DNA of 64,000 bases from an uncultured archaeon. Its GTDB lineage: Archaea; Aenigmatarchaeota; Aenigmatarchaeia; PWEA01; JAGHBM01. The position numbers were made by a program, and so were the translations under genes. Of the stretch, positions 49,443-58,943 are shown piece after piece. The stretch spans positions 2,974 to 66,973 of the forward strand of contig CAZOZN010000002.1 in the NCBI GenBank assembly GCA_964584335.1. Reading direction: 5' to 3'. Every line of letters begins with the position of its first letter. The stretch's first letter is position 1. The notes under the pieces were generated by a model, which saw only the letters and a list, made by a program, of their open reading frames with translations, ran no database searches and had not been told where the DNA came from.

Positions 49443-49451
49443 CAGAAACAC

Positions 49452-49709
49452 TTAAATCAAAGTAACATTTTCAACTTCAACCGATGCCACTCCTTTGATA
49501 TCAGAAACAACGTTCTCTATATCATCAGTACCCTGTCCTTCTGCATCTGGTCTTACAACCATTACTCTAAGAGCTTTCAAGCCAAATCCTATGTTTATTT
49601 CTTCCATATCCTCAACAGGAAGCTTATCTTTTATAGAAGTTTTTAAACTATCAATTTCAACTTCGGGTCCTTCTGTATTGACTTTTAAAGATATTGCGAC
49701 TTTACCCAT
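49452..49709 (-). CDS. ef1b: Elongation factor 1-beta
   Basis: IGFGLKAL, GVASVEV. Confidence 0.93.
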   Translation of the reverse strand: MGKVAISLKVNTEGPEVEIDSLKTSIKDKLPVEDMEEINIGFGLKALRVMVVRPDAEGQGTDDIENVVSDIKGVASVEVENVTLI

Positions 49710-49713
49710 AAAA

Positions 49714-49899
49714 TCATTCTCTTCTCTCTTTTCCAAGTCTTTTAGTTCTCCAGTTTTCCTTATTTATTTTGGTTGATTTTCCAAAACCGCAGGCTGAACA
49801 AAAGCCTTTCCTTCTGTTGAAAGAATGCTTTCCACATCTTCTACATCTTATATGGGTTTTCCTTTGATGTTTACCAAAAGAAGGAGTTCCCTTAGTCAT
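49714..49899 (-). CDS. rpl37e: Ribosomal protein eL37
   Basis: [25 protein letters not shown]. Confidence 0.97.
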   Translation of the reverse strand: MTKGTPSFGKHQRKTHIRCRRCGKHSFNRRKGFCSACGFGKSTKINKENWRTKRLGKERRE

Positions 49900-49918
49900 A
49901 AAATCACAATATAAGTTT

Positions 49919-50143
49919 TTACTCTGGGGATATAAAGAGTATGTTGTCTCCTCGTATAACAATGGTACCTAGTTTCGTAGTTTTATCACTGTTTCTTTTT
50001 TCTGCATCCTCAAGCCATAGGTTAAGGTGCAAATCAAAGGCGTTTAAAACTCCTATTATTTCTTCGCCGTTTTTTAGGCTTAAAATTACTCTTTTACCTT
50101 TAGCATTGTTTAATGCATCCAGTGGTCTGCTATCGTCTGTCAT
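49919..50143 (-). CDS. Sm-like archaeal protein (SmAP/LSm)
   Basis: RPLDAL, FDLHLNL, IRGDNI. Confidence 0.96.
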   Translation of the reverse strand: MTDDSRPLDALNNAKGKRVILSLKNGEEIIGVLNAFDLHLNLWLEDAEKRNSDKTTKLGTIVIRGDNILFISPE

Positions 50144-50220
50144 ACTCTCTTTTTAATATTTAATATATTTAAAGTTTTTTCCACAAAGATATTTAAATTA
50201 AGGAGTTTAAAGTGATAACT

Positions 50221-50598
50221 ATGAAAATACAAGGAAGAAGCAGAAGGACTTCGACAGGAGCACTTTATCACAGTCATAAAAAGAAGAAAAAATACGAGTC
50301 AGGAAGAGAATTACTTAGAACCAAATTGGAAGAAAGGGTAAGAAAAATAAACTTAGATTCAAGAGGCAATACAAAAAAACTGAGATTAATGTCTTTTAAG
50401 GATGCAAATGTATCAGACCCCAAGGAAAACAAAACATATCTTTTGCCGGTAAAGAACGTATTAGAAAATCCTGCAGATTCCCATCTTGTAAGAAGAAACA
50501 TAATAACAAAAGGAGCAATAATAGAGACTGAAAAAGGTAAAGCAAGAGTAACATCAAGACCTTCTCAAGATGGAACAGTAAATGCAGTTCTTATATGA
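50221..50598 (+). CDS. rps8e: Ribosomal protein eS8
   Basis: RRNIITKGAII, VTSRPSQDG. Confidence 0.97.
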   Translation: MKIQGRSRRTSTGALYHSHKKKKKYESGRELLRTKLEERVRKINLDSRGNTKKLRLMSFKDANVSDPKENKTYLLPVKNVLENPADSHLVRRNIITKGAIIETEKGKARVTSRPSQDGTVNAVLI

Positions 50599-50646
50599 TT
50601 TTTCTAAAGAGTAATTTATATTAGTATAGTATTGACTATACTAAAC

Positions 50647-51339
50647 ATGATAAAAGGAGTTATCTTTGATTTGGATAATACTTTAATAGACTTCATGAAA
50701 ATGAAAAAAATTTGTTCTGAGGAAGCGATAACAGCAATGATAGACGCCGGTCTTCCCTTAAAAAAAGAAGAAGGCATAAAAATATTATTCGACCTTTACA
50801 AAAAATATGGAATTGAAAACCAAAAAATATTTCAAGAGTTCTTAAAAAAAACAATAGGAAGAATAGACAAGAAAATTCTTGCAAACGGAATATCAGCATA
50901 CAGAAAAGTAAAGATTGGTTTCATAAAACCTTATCCTAATGTAGTTCCTGTATTAATAGAACTAAAGAGGAGAGGAATAAAAATTGGAATATTATCAGAT
51001 GCCCCAGAACTTCAGGGCTGGATTAGGTTAGCTGATATGAAGATAATTCATTTCTTCGACTTAGTACTGACTTTGGGAGAAACAAAAAAACTAAAACCAT
51101 CAAAAAAACCATTTGAAATGGCACTAAGTAAACTTAAAATAAAGCCAAAAGAGACACTTTTCGTGGGAGAAAATCCAGAAAGAGATATAAAAGGGGCCAA
51201 GTCAGTTGAAATGATTACTGCGCTGGCTCTTTATGGTCTTGACTATAAAAAAAAGTATAAAAAAATAAAGGCAGATTATGAAATAAAAGACGTAAAAGAA
51301 GTAATTAAAATAGTCGATTTGTATGAAAACAAAGATTAA
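50647..51339 (+). CDS. HAD-superfamily hydrolase
   Basis: FDLDNTL, KP, GENPERDI. Confidence 0.9.
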   Translation: MIKGVIFDLDNTLIDFMKMKKICSEEAITAMIDAGLPLKKEEGIKILFDLYKKYGIENQKIFQEFLKKTIGRIDKKILANGISAYRKVKIGFIKPYPNVVPVLIELKRRGIKIGILSDAPELQGWIRLADMKIIHFFDLVLTLGETKKLKPSKKPFEMALSKLKIKPKETLFVGENPERDIKGAKSVEMITALALYGLDYKKKYKKIKADYEIKDVKEVIKIVDLYENKD

Positions 51340-51592
51340 CGTTTATGGAAAGGTTCAGGGTGTTTTTTTTAGGTATAACACAAAAAAGGCAGCAGAAAAA
51401 CTAGGGATAAAAGGCTGGGTAAGAAACATTAAAGATGGTAGCGTGGAAATAATAGCAGAAGGAGAAAAAGAAAAAATAAAAGAATTTACAGAATGGATTA
51501 AAAAAAGCCCTGGTTCTTCTGTAGTGAAAAAAATAGACATAAAAGAAGAAAAAACAAAAGAAAAGTTTTCCGGTTTTAGCATCCGCCTGTAG
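51323..51592 (+). CDS. acyP: Acylphosphatase
   Basis: GKVQGVFFR, GWVRN..DGSVE. Confidence 0.96.
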   Translation: MKTKINVYGKVQGVFFRYNTKKAAEKLGIKGWVRNIKDGSVEIIAEGEKEKIKEFTEWIKKSPGSSVVKKIDIKEEKTKEKFSGFSIRL

Positions 51593-52679
51593 ATGAAGCG
51601 CTTCCGCTGCCCGATCCTATTGGACCAATTCCAGGATCTTCTGTCAGGTCGCTCAAAGTCTGGTCACATTCTTCAGGTGGATTTGTAAATGCTGAACATA
51701 TTGTGTTCTTTATTGCCTCTGCAGATCTACCGACGCTTACAGTTTTTCCATTTACAACGAAAGTAGGAGAACCTCTAACACCGTACTCCTCATTCAAATC
51801 ACTTTCTACTGGGAACTGAGGAAATCTTCCTCCTGACCAGGTATTTTCATCATTGTAAAGACCTGTTATATTGTATTCATTATCAGTACTTTGTATACAG
51901 GTTTCTAGCTTTGATTTATCCACACCTGATTCGCTGATGCAACTTTCATAATCATCTGTCTCTACAAAACATCTAAGATAGTCGCTAAACTTATCTTTCT
52001 GTTCTTTCTGTATGCAATACATCCTCAAATTCTCATCCAATTCCTCCTTGCCGTGCATCGCATAATCTACAAAGTTTAACATAACGTCAGCTTTATCGCC
52101 TAACAATTCTATAACCGGTATATAAGCCTTCATGAATTGAAGACCGTAAGGACAATAAGACATTACAAAAGCCTGCGCCTTGGGTTCATCTGTTTTTGGA
52201 ATATCTTCCTGTTGCTGTTGTTCCTCTTGCTGCTGTTCTTCCAAAGCCATCTCAACTTCAGTAATATTCACTGCTTGAGGGAAAAATATCTCCGCATTCT
52301 TTGTAACATAAGAATCAACGTTCTGTGTCTGTGAACCGCTTTTTACTTCAATAACTACTTTGTAAAGCCCTAGTTCTTCTTTTACTTCCTTAACGCTTAT
52401 TTCTACTCCCGGACCAACCATATTTTCCTGTACAAAAGATAAGGCTCTATCTGACGCGTCTTCAGGGCTTAAGGCTCCCTCGAAATCATCACCGCCAACT
52501 ATGTTAGAACCACTGCCAATTCCCGTGGCCAATACAATGGCGAGTATTACACATAGAGCAACAGAAGCTATTGAAACAGACTTCCATACGCTTTTTACGT
52601 ACTTCTGTTCCGATTTTGTTTCCTTTTTGTCTTTAAAATTGTCCTCTTCGTGTTTTCCGCTTTTCTTTTCTTCAGACAT
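51576..52679 (-). CDS. Membrane-anchored DsbA/thioredoxin-fold protein
   Basis: N-terminal TM, FVMSYCPYG, GVRGSPTFVVNG. Confidence 0.8.
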   Translation of the reverse strand: MSEEKKSGKHEEDNFKDKKETKSEQKYVKSVWKSVSIASVALCVILAIVLATGIGSGSNIVGGDDFEGALSPEDASDRALSFVQENMVGPGVEISVKEVKEELGLYKVVIEVKSGSQTQNVDSYVTKNAEIFFPQAVNITEVEMALEEQQQEEQQQQEDIPKTDEPKAQAFVMSYCPYGLQFMKAYIPVIELLGDKADVMLNFVDYAMHGKEELDENLRMYCIQKEQKDKFSDYLRCFVETDDYESCISESGVDKSKLETCIQSTDNEYNITGLYNDENTWSGGRFPQFPVESDLNEEYGVRGSPTFVVNGKTVSVGRSAEAIKNTICSAFTNPPEECDQTLSDLTEDPGIGPIGSGSGSASSTGGC

Positions 52680-52739
52680 AAACCATATTAATAGCGTAAT
52701 ATATTTAAATGTTAAAAATGACCATTTAATTTTGATATA

Positions 52740-53888
52740 ATGAAATCAAGTATGATACTTTGCAGGTTTGGAGAGAGTGTGCTTAAAGCGGATTATACAA
52801 GAAGATATTTCGAAAACAAGCTTTTATCAAACATATCAAAAGAATTTAAGAAAAAAGATATAGAGTTTTCAGTAAAAAGGGAACCGGGGAGACTTTTCAT
52901 AAAGACAAAAAAAATAGATAAATCGTGCGATATACTAAAAAAGACATTCGGCATTACAAGTGTTTCTCCAGTAAAGGAAATTAAAATAAAAAGCGATATA
53001 GAGAAGATTGTAAAATACTCGGAGAAAATAGCAAGAGATTTAATCAAAAAAGACAATACTTTCGCAGTAAGGGCAAGAAGAACAGGTAATGATGCATTTA
53101 CAAGCAAGATGATAGAAAGGAAGGTAGGTTCCAGGATAATAGAAAAAACTGGTGCGAAGGTGGACCTTGATAAACCGGATAAAATACTATATATTGAAGT
53201 AAGACAAAACAAAGCCTATTTTTTTACAGAAAGAATAAAATGTCCGGGAGGTCTTCCTTTAGGAACACAAGGGAATGTGGTAGTTCTTTTTTCGGGCGGA
53301 ATAGACTCGGCGGTAGCTTCCTGGATGTTAATGAAAAGAGGATGTAGGATATTCCCTCTGTATATAGACCCTTCTCCTTATGTAGAAGGCAAAAAAAGTT
53401 TAATCAGAGCAGAAAAGGTCTTGGAAGATTTAAAAAAGTGGTCTGTTGGTCAAAATATTGAACTGAAAAAAGTAAAAACTGGTAAAATAATGGATTGTTT
53501 TACAGAAAAATGCAAGCTTAATCTTACATGCTTGTTATGTAAGAGACTTATGTACAGAATAGCTGAAATTTTTTGCAAAAAGAAAAAAGCGAAAGCAATA
53601 GTGACTGGAGAAAACTTGGGACAGGTTGCATCTCAAACACTTGACAACATAAACGTTTTAAATCAGGCCGTTTCACTCCCTATTCTAAGACCACTTATAG
53701 GTATGGACAAAACAGAAATAATAAAAATTGCAAGAAATATAGGAACATACGACTCATCTACAATAAAAACTTCCGGTTGTTCTGCAGTTCCAGAATCTCC
53801 GAGAACAAAAGGCAGGATAGAAGAAGTTTTAAAAGAAGAAGAAAAAATAGACATTAAAAAAAAGATGGAAGAATTATTAAAAATGTAA
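52740..53888 (+). CDS. thiI: tRNA 4-thiouridine synthase ThiI (no rhodanese domain)
   Basis: THUMP, SGGIDS, CLLCKR, GENLGQVASQT, RPLIG. Confidence 0.96.
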   Translation: MKSSMILCRFGESVLKADYTRRYFENKLLSNISKEFKKKDIEFSVKREPGRLFIKTKKIDKSCDILKKTFGITSVSPVKEIKIKSDIEKIVKYSEKIARDLIKKDNTFAVRARRTGNDAFTSKMIERKVGSRIIEKTGAKVDLDKPDKILYIEVRQNKAYFFTERIKCPGGLPLGTQGNVVVLFSGGIDSAVASWMLMKRGCRIFPLYIDPSPYVEGKKSLIRAEKVLEDLKKWSVGQNIELKKVKTGKIMDCFTEKCKLNLTCLLCKRLMYRIAEIFCKKKKAKAIVTGENLGQVASQTLDNINVLNQAVSLPILRPLIGMDKTEIIKIARNIGTYDSSTIKTSGCSAVPESPRTKGRIEEVLKEEEKIDIKKKMEELLKM

Positions 53889-53929
53889 ACTTTTTAATAT
53901 AACAAAAAACAATCTAACATGTGTGTGTT

Positions 53930-54319
53930 ATGGGTGTTAAAATACCTAATTCTGAACTAGTAAAAAGAATTATCTTTTATTCAATGAAAAAAAGGGGTGT
54001 AATACATTCACAAGATGAATTATCAGAGATTGTGAAGAGAGAACTAAAAAAAATAAACAAAAAATTTACAATAACCCCGCACAGGGTAAGAAAAATTGCA
54101 CTTCAGATAGAAAATATGGAAATAAAGGTTAAAACAAAAAAAAGCAAGAAAAGCAAACCAAAAAAATGTCCTGTTTGTGAAAACAAGTTAAAGCCAATAT
54201 ATGCAAAAAATCTTCTCAACAAAAGAATAACTGTTGGTTTTAGGTGTAAAGTTTGTGGTTATCACGCCGACGAAAAATTTTTTGCGCCAATGAAGTATGA
54301 ATTCAAGTTAATCAATTAA
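53930..54319 (+). CDS. Hypothetical basic zinc-finger protein
   Basis: CPVC...CKVCGY. Confidence 0.7.
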   Translation: MGVKIPNSELVKRIIFYSMKKRGVIHSQDELSEIVKRELKKINKKFTITPHRVRKIALQIENMEIKVKTKKSKKSKPKKCPVCENKLKPIYAKNLLNKRITVGFRCKVCGYHADEKFFAPMKYEFKLIN

Positions 54320-55220
54320 TAGTATTCAATAATTCGCAAGCCTTACACACAGAACGAGAAGTTGGTTCACCGCACTTTGAGCAATACCTTATCTCTGAAG
54401 AATTCTTAAAATTTTTCTCTATCGGAGGTATTATCTTGTCCATATGCCTGATTATATTATGTTTTGTACCGGGGTATTTTTCTTCAATTTCATTTAAAAA
54501 TTTTTTTACGTCAAATCTGACGCTTTCTTTAGAATTCGGGCAGTGTGAATGGTAAAATTCTATACCATTAAGATAGCAATAAAGAGCGCTTTCTTTTTCC
54601 GGTATCTCCCTAAGAGGCTTTATCCTAGTAACAAAACCTTTCTTCTTGGTGGGCGGTTTTGGTCCAAGCCTTATAAGCCTGCCTACATCACCCTTTAGAT
54701 TGTTTATTAAAAAACTTTGTATCTCGTCGTCTAAGTTATGCCCTGTTGCTAGTTTTGTAGCACCCATTTCTCTTGCTTTCTTGTTTATTATAAACCTTCT
54801 TAAAACTCCGCAGTATGTGCAGGCACGGGCATCTATTTTAACAATATCATCCATATTCTTTCCAAATTCTTCCCTGAAAGAACATACAGTCAATTCAACA
54901 CCTATCATATTTGATAATTTTTTTAGAGATTTTATGCTTATATCCCTATAACCCTTTATACCCTCGTCAATTGTAATTGCATTTACCTTTATGTCAGGCC
55001 TTTTTCCGAAGATTTTTTTAATTAAATAAAGAGTAAGAGATGAATCCTTACCTCCAGAAACGGCAACAAAAATATTATCATTCTTTACTATAAGATTATT
55101 TTTTCTTATGGTCGCCTTTACTTTTGATTCAAGCTGTTTTGAAAAATGACTTTTACACCAAGCCCTGCCCTCGTACTTTCTATAAATTACTGCATCATTT
55201 CCACAGGAATAACACCTCAT
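54312..55220 (-). CDS. TtuA/Ncs6-like tRNA 2-thiolation protein
   Basis: N- and C-terminal Zn fingers, SGGKDS, CTYCG, GHNLDDE. Confidence 0.92.
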   Translation of the reverse strand: MRCYSCGNDAVIYRKYEGRAWCKSHFSKQLESKVKATIRKNNLIVKNDNIFVAVSGGKDSSLTLYLIKKIFGKRPDIKVNAITIDEGIKGYRDISIKSLKKLSNMIGVELTVCSFREEFGKNMDDIVKIDARACTYCGVLRRFIINKKAREMGATKLATGHNLDDEIQSFLINNLKGDVGRLIRLGPKPPTKKKGFVTRIKPLREIPEKESALYCYLNGIEFYHSHCPNSKESVRFDVKKFLNEIEEKYPGTKHNIIRHMDKIIPPIEKNFKNSSEIRYCSKCGEPTSRSVCKACELLNTIN

Positions 55221-55822
55221 CTTTCACCATCCCATTCTGCAAAGAACTCTTCCAAAAAATCTCTCATGTACTTGTCTCTTTCCTCTGCCATTCTAATTGC
55301 AGTATTAGTATTCAGACTGTCTTTTATTTTTAGAAGTTTTTCATAGAAATGATTTATAGCAGTATCACTTTCTCCGGTATAAACATCAGATATCTCCTTG
55401 CCTGGTATATGAACAGGCCTGTTCTTACAGCCAGTGTAAACCATGGTCCTGACTATCCCCATAGCACCAAGAACGTCAAGTCTGTCGGCATCCTGAAGTA
55501 TTTTTGCTTCCAAAGTGTCTACTTTCTTTCCCTTGCTAAATCTATGATTTTTTATACAGTAAACAACTTTTTCCCTCTTTTCATAATCAGAAAGTAGTTT
55601 TTCTGCTATCCTAGAGCTGACTATTTCATGATTCTTTCTATCCTCGTATATTCCAACATCATGTAAAAGCGCGGCAAGCTTGAGAACTTCCATATCTGCA
55701 CCTTCCTTCTCGCCTATCTTAACACAAAGATTGTAAACTCTTTGTACATGGTCCCATCCATGTGCAATATCATTTTTATCCATATATTTCTTGGCAATTT
55801 TGCTTATCTCTTTTAAATCCAT
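55217..55822 (-). CDS. HD-domain phosphohydrolase
   Basis: AHGWDH..RV, LLHD, DADRLD. Confidence 0.92.
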   Translation of the reverse strand: MDLKEISKIAKKYMDKNDIAHGWDHVQRVYNLCVKIGEKEGADMEVLKLAALLHDVGIYEDRKNHEIVSSRIAEKLLSDYEKREKVVYCIKNHRFSKGKKVDTLEAKILQDADRLDVLGAMGIVRTMVYTGCKNRPVHIPGKEISDVYTGESDTAINHFYEKLLKIKDSLNTNTAIRMAEERDKYMRDFLEEFFAEWDGER

Positions 55823-55823
55823 T

Positions 55824-56021
55824 CTAACCACGCGAAATTATTTCTATTACCTCAATATCATCTTTATCTCTTAATTTTTCTTCAACGGGAACAAACAATC
55901 CGTTTCTTTTTACTAAAACAGATTCTGTTATTATTCCCATCTCTTTAAGAAGTTCTTCTATAGTATCTTTCTCAGTCTTAAATTTTTTGGTTTTGTTTTT
56001 AATTTTAACTTTAATAATCAT
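55824..56021 (-). CDS. ThiS/MoaD-like sulfur carrier (SAMP-like)
   Basis: Beta-grasp pattern, VKRNG, DDIEVI, C-terminal SRG. Confidence 0.85.
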   Translation of the reverse strand: MIIKVKIKNKTKKFKTEKDTIEELLKEMGIITESVLVKRNGLFVPVEEKLRDKDDIEVIEIISRG

Positions 56022-56080
56022 ATTATTTATAGAAAGAGGAGACTTTTATGTATTGCTCCAAAAAATACATTATATTAAAT

Positions 56081-56241
56081 GCTGAGGTGGGAGAGCGGTT
56101 TAATCCGGTTGGCTCGAGACCAACTGCATCTTTGATGCACGCAGGTTCAAAACAGACCCTTTAGAAAAGTGTCTGTACTTCCAAAAATGTTTGGAAATCT
56201 ACGATTTCCCAATTGGAACGAGAATCCTGCCCTCAGCGCCA
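56081..56241 (+). tRNA. tRNA-Ser(CGA) with a 73-nt T-loop intron (59/60; 56152-56224)
   Basis: GCTGAGG/CCTCAGC, GTTGG-CT-CGA-GA-CCAAC, GCAGG-TTCAAA[intron]T-CCTGC. Confidence 0.9.
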
Positions 56242-56255
56242 AAAAAGGTTTTAAA

Positions 56256-56687
56256 ATGAGAAAAACTCCAAAAGTCACAGTAGACATAATTTTAGAGAAG
56301 GAAGACAAGATAATACTAGTAAAAAGAGGTATAGAGCCTTGGAAAGGTAAGCTTGCCTTGCCGGGTGGTCATGTAGAATACGAAGAAAACGTTGAAAATG
56401 CAGCAATAAGAGAAACAAAAGAAGAAACAAACCTTAATGTAGAAGTTAAAGACATACTTGGAGTATACTCAGAATCAAAGAGGGACCCAAGATACCATGC
56501 AATATCAACAGTATTCATAGGTAAAATTATCAATGGTAATTTAGAAGCAGGTTCTGATGCGAATGATGCAAATTTTTACAATATAAAAAAAATTAAAAAA
56601 GAAGATATGTCATTTGACCATTGGAAAATAATAAAAGACTATTTAAAATGGAAAGAAAATAAAGGCACATATTGGTCTTCGAAATAA
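56256..56687 (+). CDS. Nudix hydrolase
   Basis: GGHVEYEENVENAAIRETKEET; upstream ORF extension lies in the tRNA. Confidence 0.93.
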   Translation: MRKTPKVTVDIILEKEDKIILVKRGIEPWKGKLALPGGHVEYEENVENAAIRETKEETNLNVEVKDILGVYSESKRDPRYHAISTVFIGKIINGNLEAGSDANDANFYNIKKIKKEDMSFDHWKIIKDYLKWKENKGTYWSSK

Positions 56688-56717
56688 ATTTAAGTATGCT
56701 TTTATAAAATTGTCTTT

Positions 56718-56918
56718 ATGAAGTGTCCAAACAAAGAAATAAACCTTGAAGAATGTAACTGCAGTTACCCCGGTTGCAGCAGAAAGGGCATTTGCTGTGA
56801 GTGTATAAGATACCATAGAAAAATGAGAGAAATCCCAGCATGTTTGTTTCCAGACGATGTAGAAAAAACATTTGACAGGTCAATAGACAAATTTATTGAG
56901 ACGCAAAAGCGATGGTAG
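56718..56918 (+). CDS. Small Cys-rich protein (DUF6485-like)
   Basis: [21 protein letters not shown]...PACLF...DRS. Confidence 0.8.
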   Translation: MKCPNKEINLEECNCSYPGCSRKGICCECIRYHRKMREIPACLFPDDVEKTFDRSIDKFIETQKRW

Positions 56919-56982
56919 TCTAATGGTAGGACACCACCCTGCCACGGTGGTAATCCGGGTTCAAATCCCGGCCTTCGCACCA
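56909..56982 (+). tRNA. tRNA-Gly(GCC), intronless
   Basis: CCACC-CT-GCC-AC-GGTGG, CCGGG-TTCAAAT-CCCGG, CCA. Confidence 0.95.
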
Positions 56983-57004
56983 ATATAATATTCTGGTTTT
57001 GTTT

Positions 57005-57463
57005 ATGTTCACTAAAAAAATTTATTCTGCTTGGGAAGAAAAACAGATTGAAAAATACAAAGAAATGAGAGATTTGATTCCCAAAGATTTTAATCTGGCA
57101 TTGGACGTCGGTGTAGGTCCCGGTTGGTTTGAAGAATTCTTTGGTATGAATATCCTGGGAATTGACATTGACAAAAACTCTGCTGCTGATATAATAGCAA
57201 GCGGTGATTTTATTCCAATCAGGGAAAATTCCTTTGATTTTGTTATATGTTTGGATACTATTCATTTGGTTGGAGGAGAAGAAATTAAAAGAGTTCTTAA
57301 GCCCCGGGGTTACTTGTTATTATCACACTTCATAAACAAAGACAACGAAAACGAGATAGAAAAAAAGCTTTTAAATATGTTCAAAGAATTTAAATTACTG
57401 AAAAGAAAAATAGTAGGTAACAAAGAAAAAGACCTTGCAATTTTGTTTGGGCCTGTGGTCTAG
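57005..57463 (+). CDS. Class I SAM-dependent methyltransferase
   Basis: LDVGVGPG, SFDFV, RVLKPRG. Confidence 0.85.
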   Translation: MFTKKIYSAWEEKQIEKYKEMRDLIPKDFNLALDVGVGPGWFEEFFGMNILGIDIDKNSAADIIASGDFIPIRENSFDFVICLDTIHLVGGEEIKRVLKPRGYLLLSHFINKDNENEIEKKLLNMFKEFKLLKRKIVGNKEKDLAILFGPVV

Positions 57464-57622
57464 TGGCTATAGATTGACGTGCATTTTTGTGCGTTTCAGC
57501 CAGGACGCCACCTTGACGTAAGCTTTTGCAAAAAGCTTAAGCAAAATAAAAGCTTTCAAAATGGTGGATATCCCCGGTTCGAGAAAGACCCTTAAGGAAA
57601 GAGAATCCGGGCGGGCCCACCA
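57449..57622 (+). tRNA. tRNA-Val(GAC) with three introns: 22/23 (57471-57503), 37/38 (57519-57561), 59/60 (57584-57605)
   Basis: Removal gives GGGCCTGTGGTCTAGTGGCTATGACG-CCACC-TT-GAC-GT-GGTGG...CCCGG-TTCGAGT-CCGGG-CGGGCCC-A-CCA; helices GGCT/AGCC and TTGA/TCAA. Confidence 0.9.
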
Positions 57623-57632
57623 CTTCTTTTTA

Positions 57633-58841
57633 CTAGAACTTTAGCTTAAATGAATATATTAAAAGAGCTAGAGAAATAAAAGAACCGAGTAGAAAAACAT
57701 ACCTTAAGCCAAAAAAATCCGCTATTAATCCAGCCACTATAGGGCTTATGCCCCTGCCTAAATTGCTTAATGAGCCAATCATTCCTGTCATTTCACCGAT
57801 GTTCTTTTTTGGCATGAGCTCAGTAGTCCTGCCCAGCAGAGGAGGTAATACAACAGAAAATCCTAAAAATGAAAGAAGAAAAGCAATTAAAAAAAGAAAA
57901 GCTAAATTTTCAACAAAAAACATAAGAAAGAAAAAAACAAAAGAGAAAAACAAACCCTTCATTAGAATAATTCTCTTTCCAAACTTATCAGCTAAAACAG
58001 AAAAATATCCTTCAGATAAGCGGGGTAAGAAAAATAAGGAAAAAAGCAACCCGATTTGAATCGGAGTCGCGCCTAGTTTACTAGAAAAAAGAGGCAAAAG
58101 CATAAACAAAAAGGATATGCAAAAATATATAAAAAATGAAAGTACCGAGAATTTTATCAATTCTTTGTTTTTTGAAAAATCTATAATTTCCTTCTTGAAT
58201 ATCTTATCCTTTATTATAATTTCTTTAGTGGAAGACCAAAAACCCTTTATTTTTTTATCCTTTATTGAAAAAGATACCAACAAGCCGAAAAAAGAAAAAA
58301 CAGTTATAAACCATATAATAGAGAAACCAAATTTCATGAACAAGAAACCACTCAAAGCAGAACCTATAACCAGAGATAATACCCAGCTTATATCAAAAAA
58401 ACCTAAAGATTCTGATGTTTTCTTTTTTGGAGAATGCTGTCTTACAAGTGCCTCAGTATTAAGCCATATGGAAGATGATAAAAAAGAGTGATAGAATCTA
58501 AAAAGAACGAAATGTAAAAAATTCTTTAGTGAAAGCAATATATAACCCATAGGAAGATAGAGAAAAAGAGTAATTATTATCATAAACCTTTTTGAAACCT
58601 TGTCTGATAGTTCCCCCAAAGGCAAGAACCAAAAAAAACAGAGAATATAAACAAGACCCATTATTATACCTATTTCTGTATAATTGCTCAGTATGCTATC
58701 TAAATATAATGGGAAAAAAGGACTTACTATAGACCATCCCAGATAATAAACAAAAATCAAAAAACCAATAATTTTCACAGAACTAGGCAGACTAGAAAGT
58801 TCAGAGAATACAGAAATTAATTTTATGTGCCTGTGTCTCAT
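57633..58841 (-). CDS. MFS transporter
   Basis: About 12 TMs, GELSDKVSKR and LADKFGKR motif A. Confidence 0.93.
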   Translation of the reverse strand: MRHRHIKLISVFSELSSLPSSVKIIGFLIFVYYLGWSIVSPFFPLYLDSILSNYTEIGIIMGLVYILCFFWFLPLGELSDKVSKRFMIIITLFLYLPMGYILLSLKNFLHFVLFRFYHSFLSSSIWLNTEALVRQHSPKKKTSESLGFFDISWVLSLVIGSALSGFLFMKFGFSIIWFITVFSFFGLLVSFSIKDKKIKGFWSSTKEIIIKDKIFKKEIIDFSKNKELIKFSVLSFFIYFCISFLFMLLPLFSSKLGATPIQIGLLFSLFFLPRLSEGYFSVLADKFGKRIILMKGLFFSFVFFFLMFFVENLAFLFLIAFLLSFLGFSVVLPPLLGRTTELMPKKNIGEMTGMIGSLSNLGRGISPIVAGLIADFFGLRYVFLLGSFISLALLIYSFKLKF

Positions 58842-58943
58842 AAGATAACTGGGTTTTTAATCAAATAAATAAGTCAAAGAATATTTCTCAGAATATACCT
58901 AAAGCTAGATAATAAAAATATAAGAAAAGGAAAATTGGGGGTT

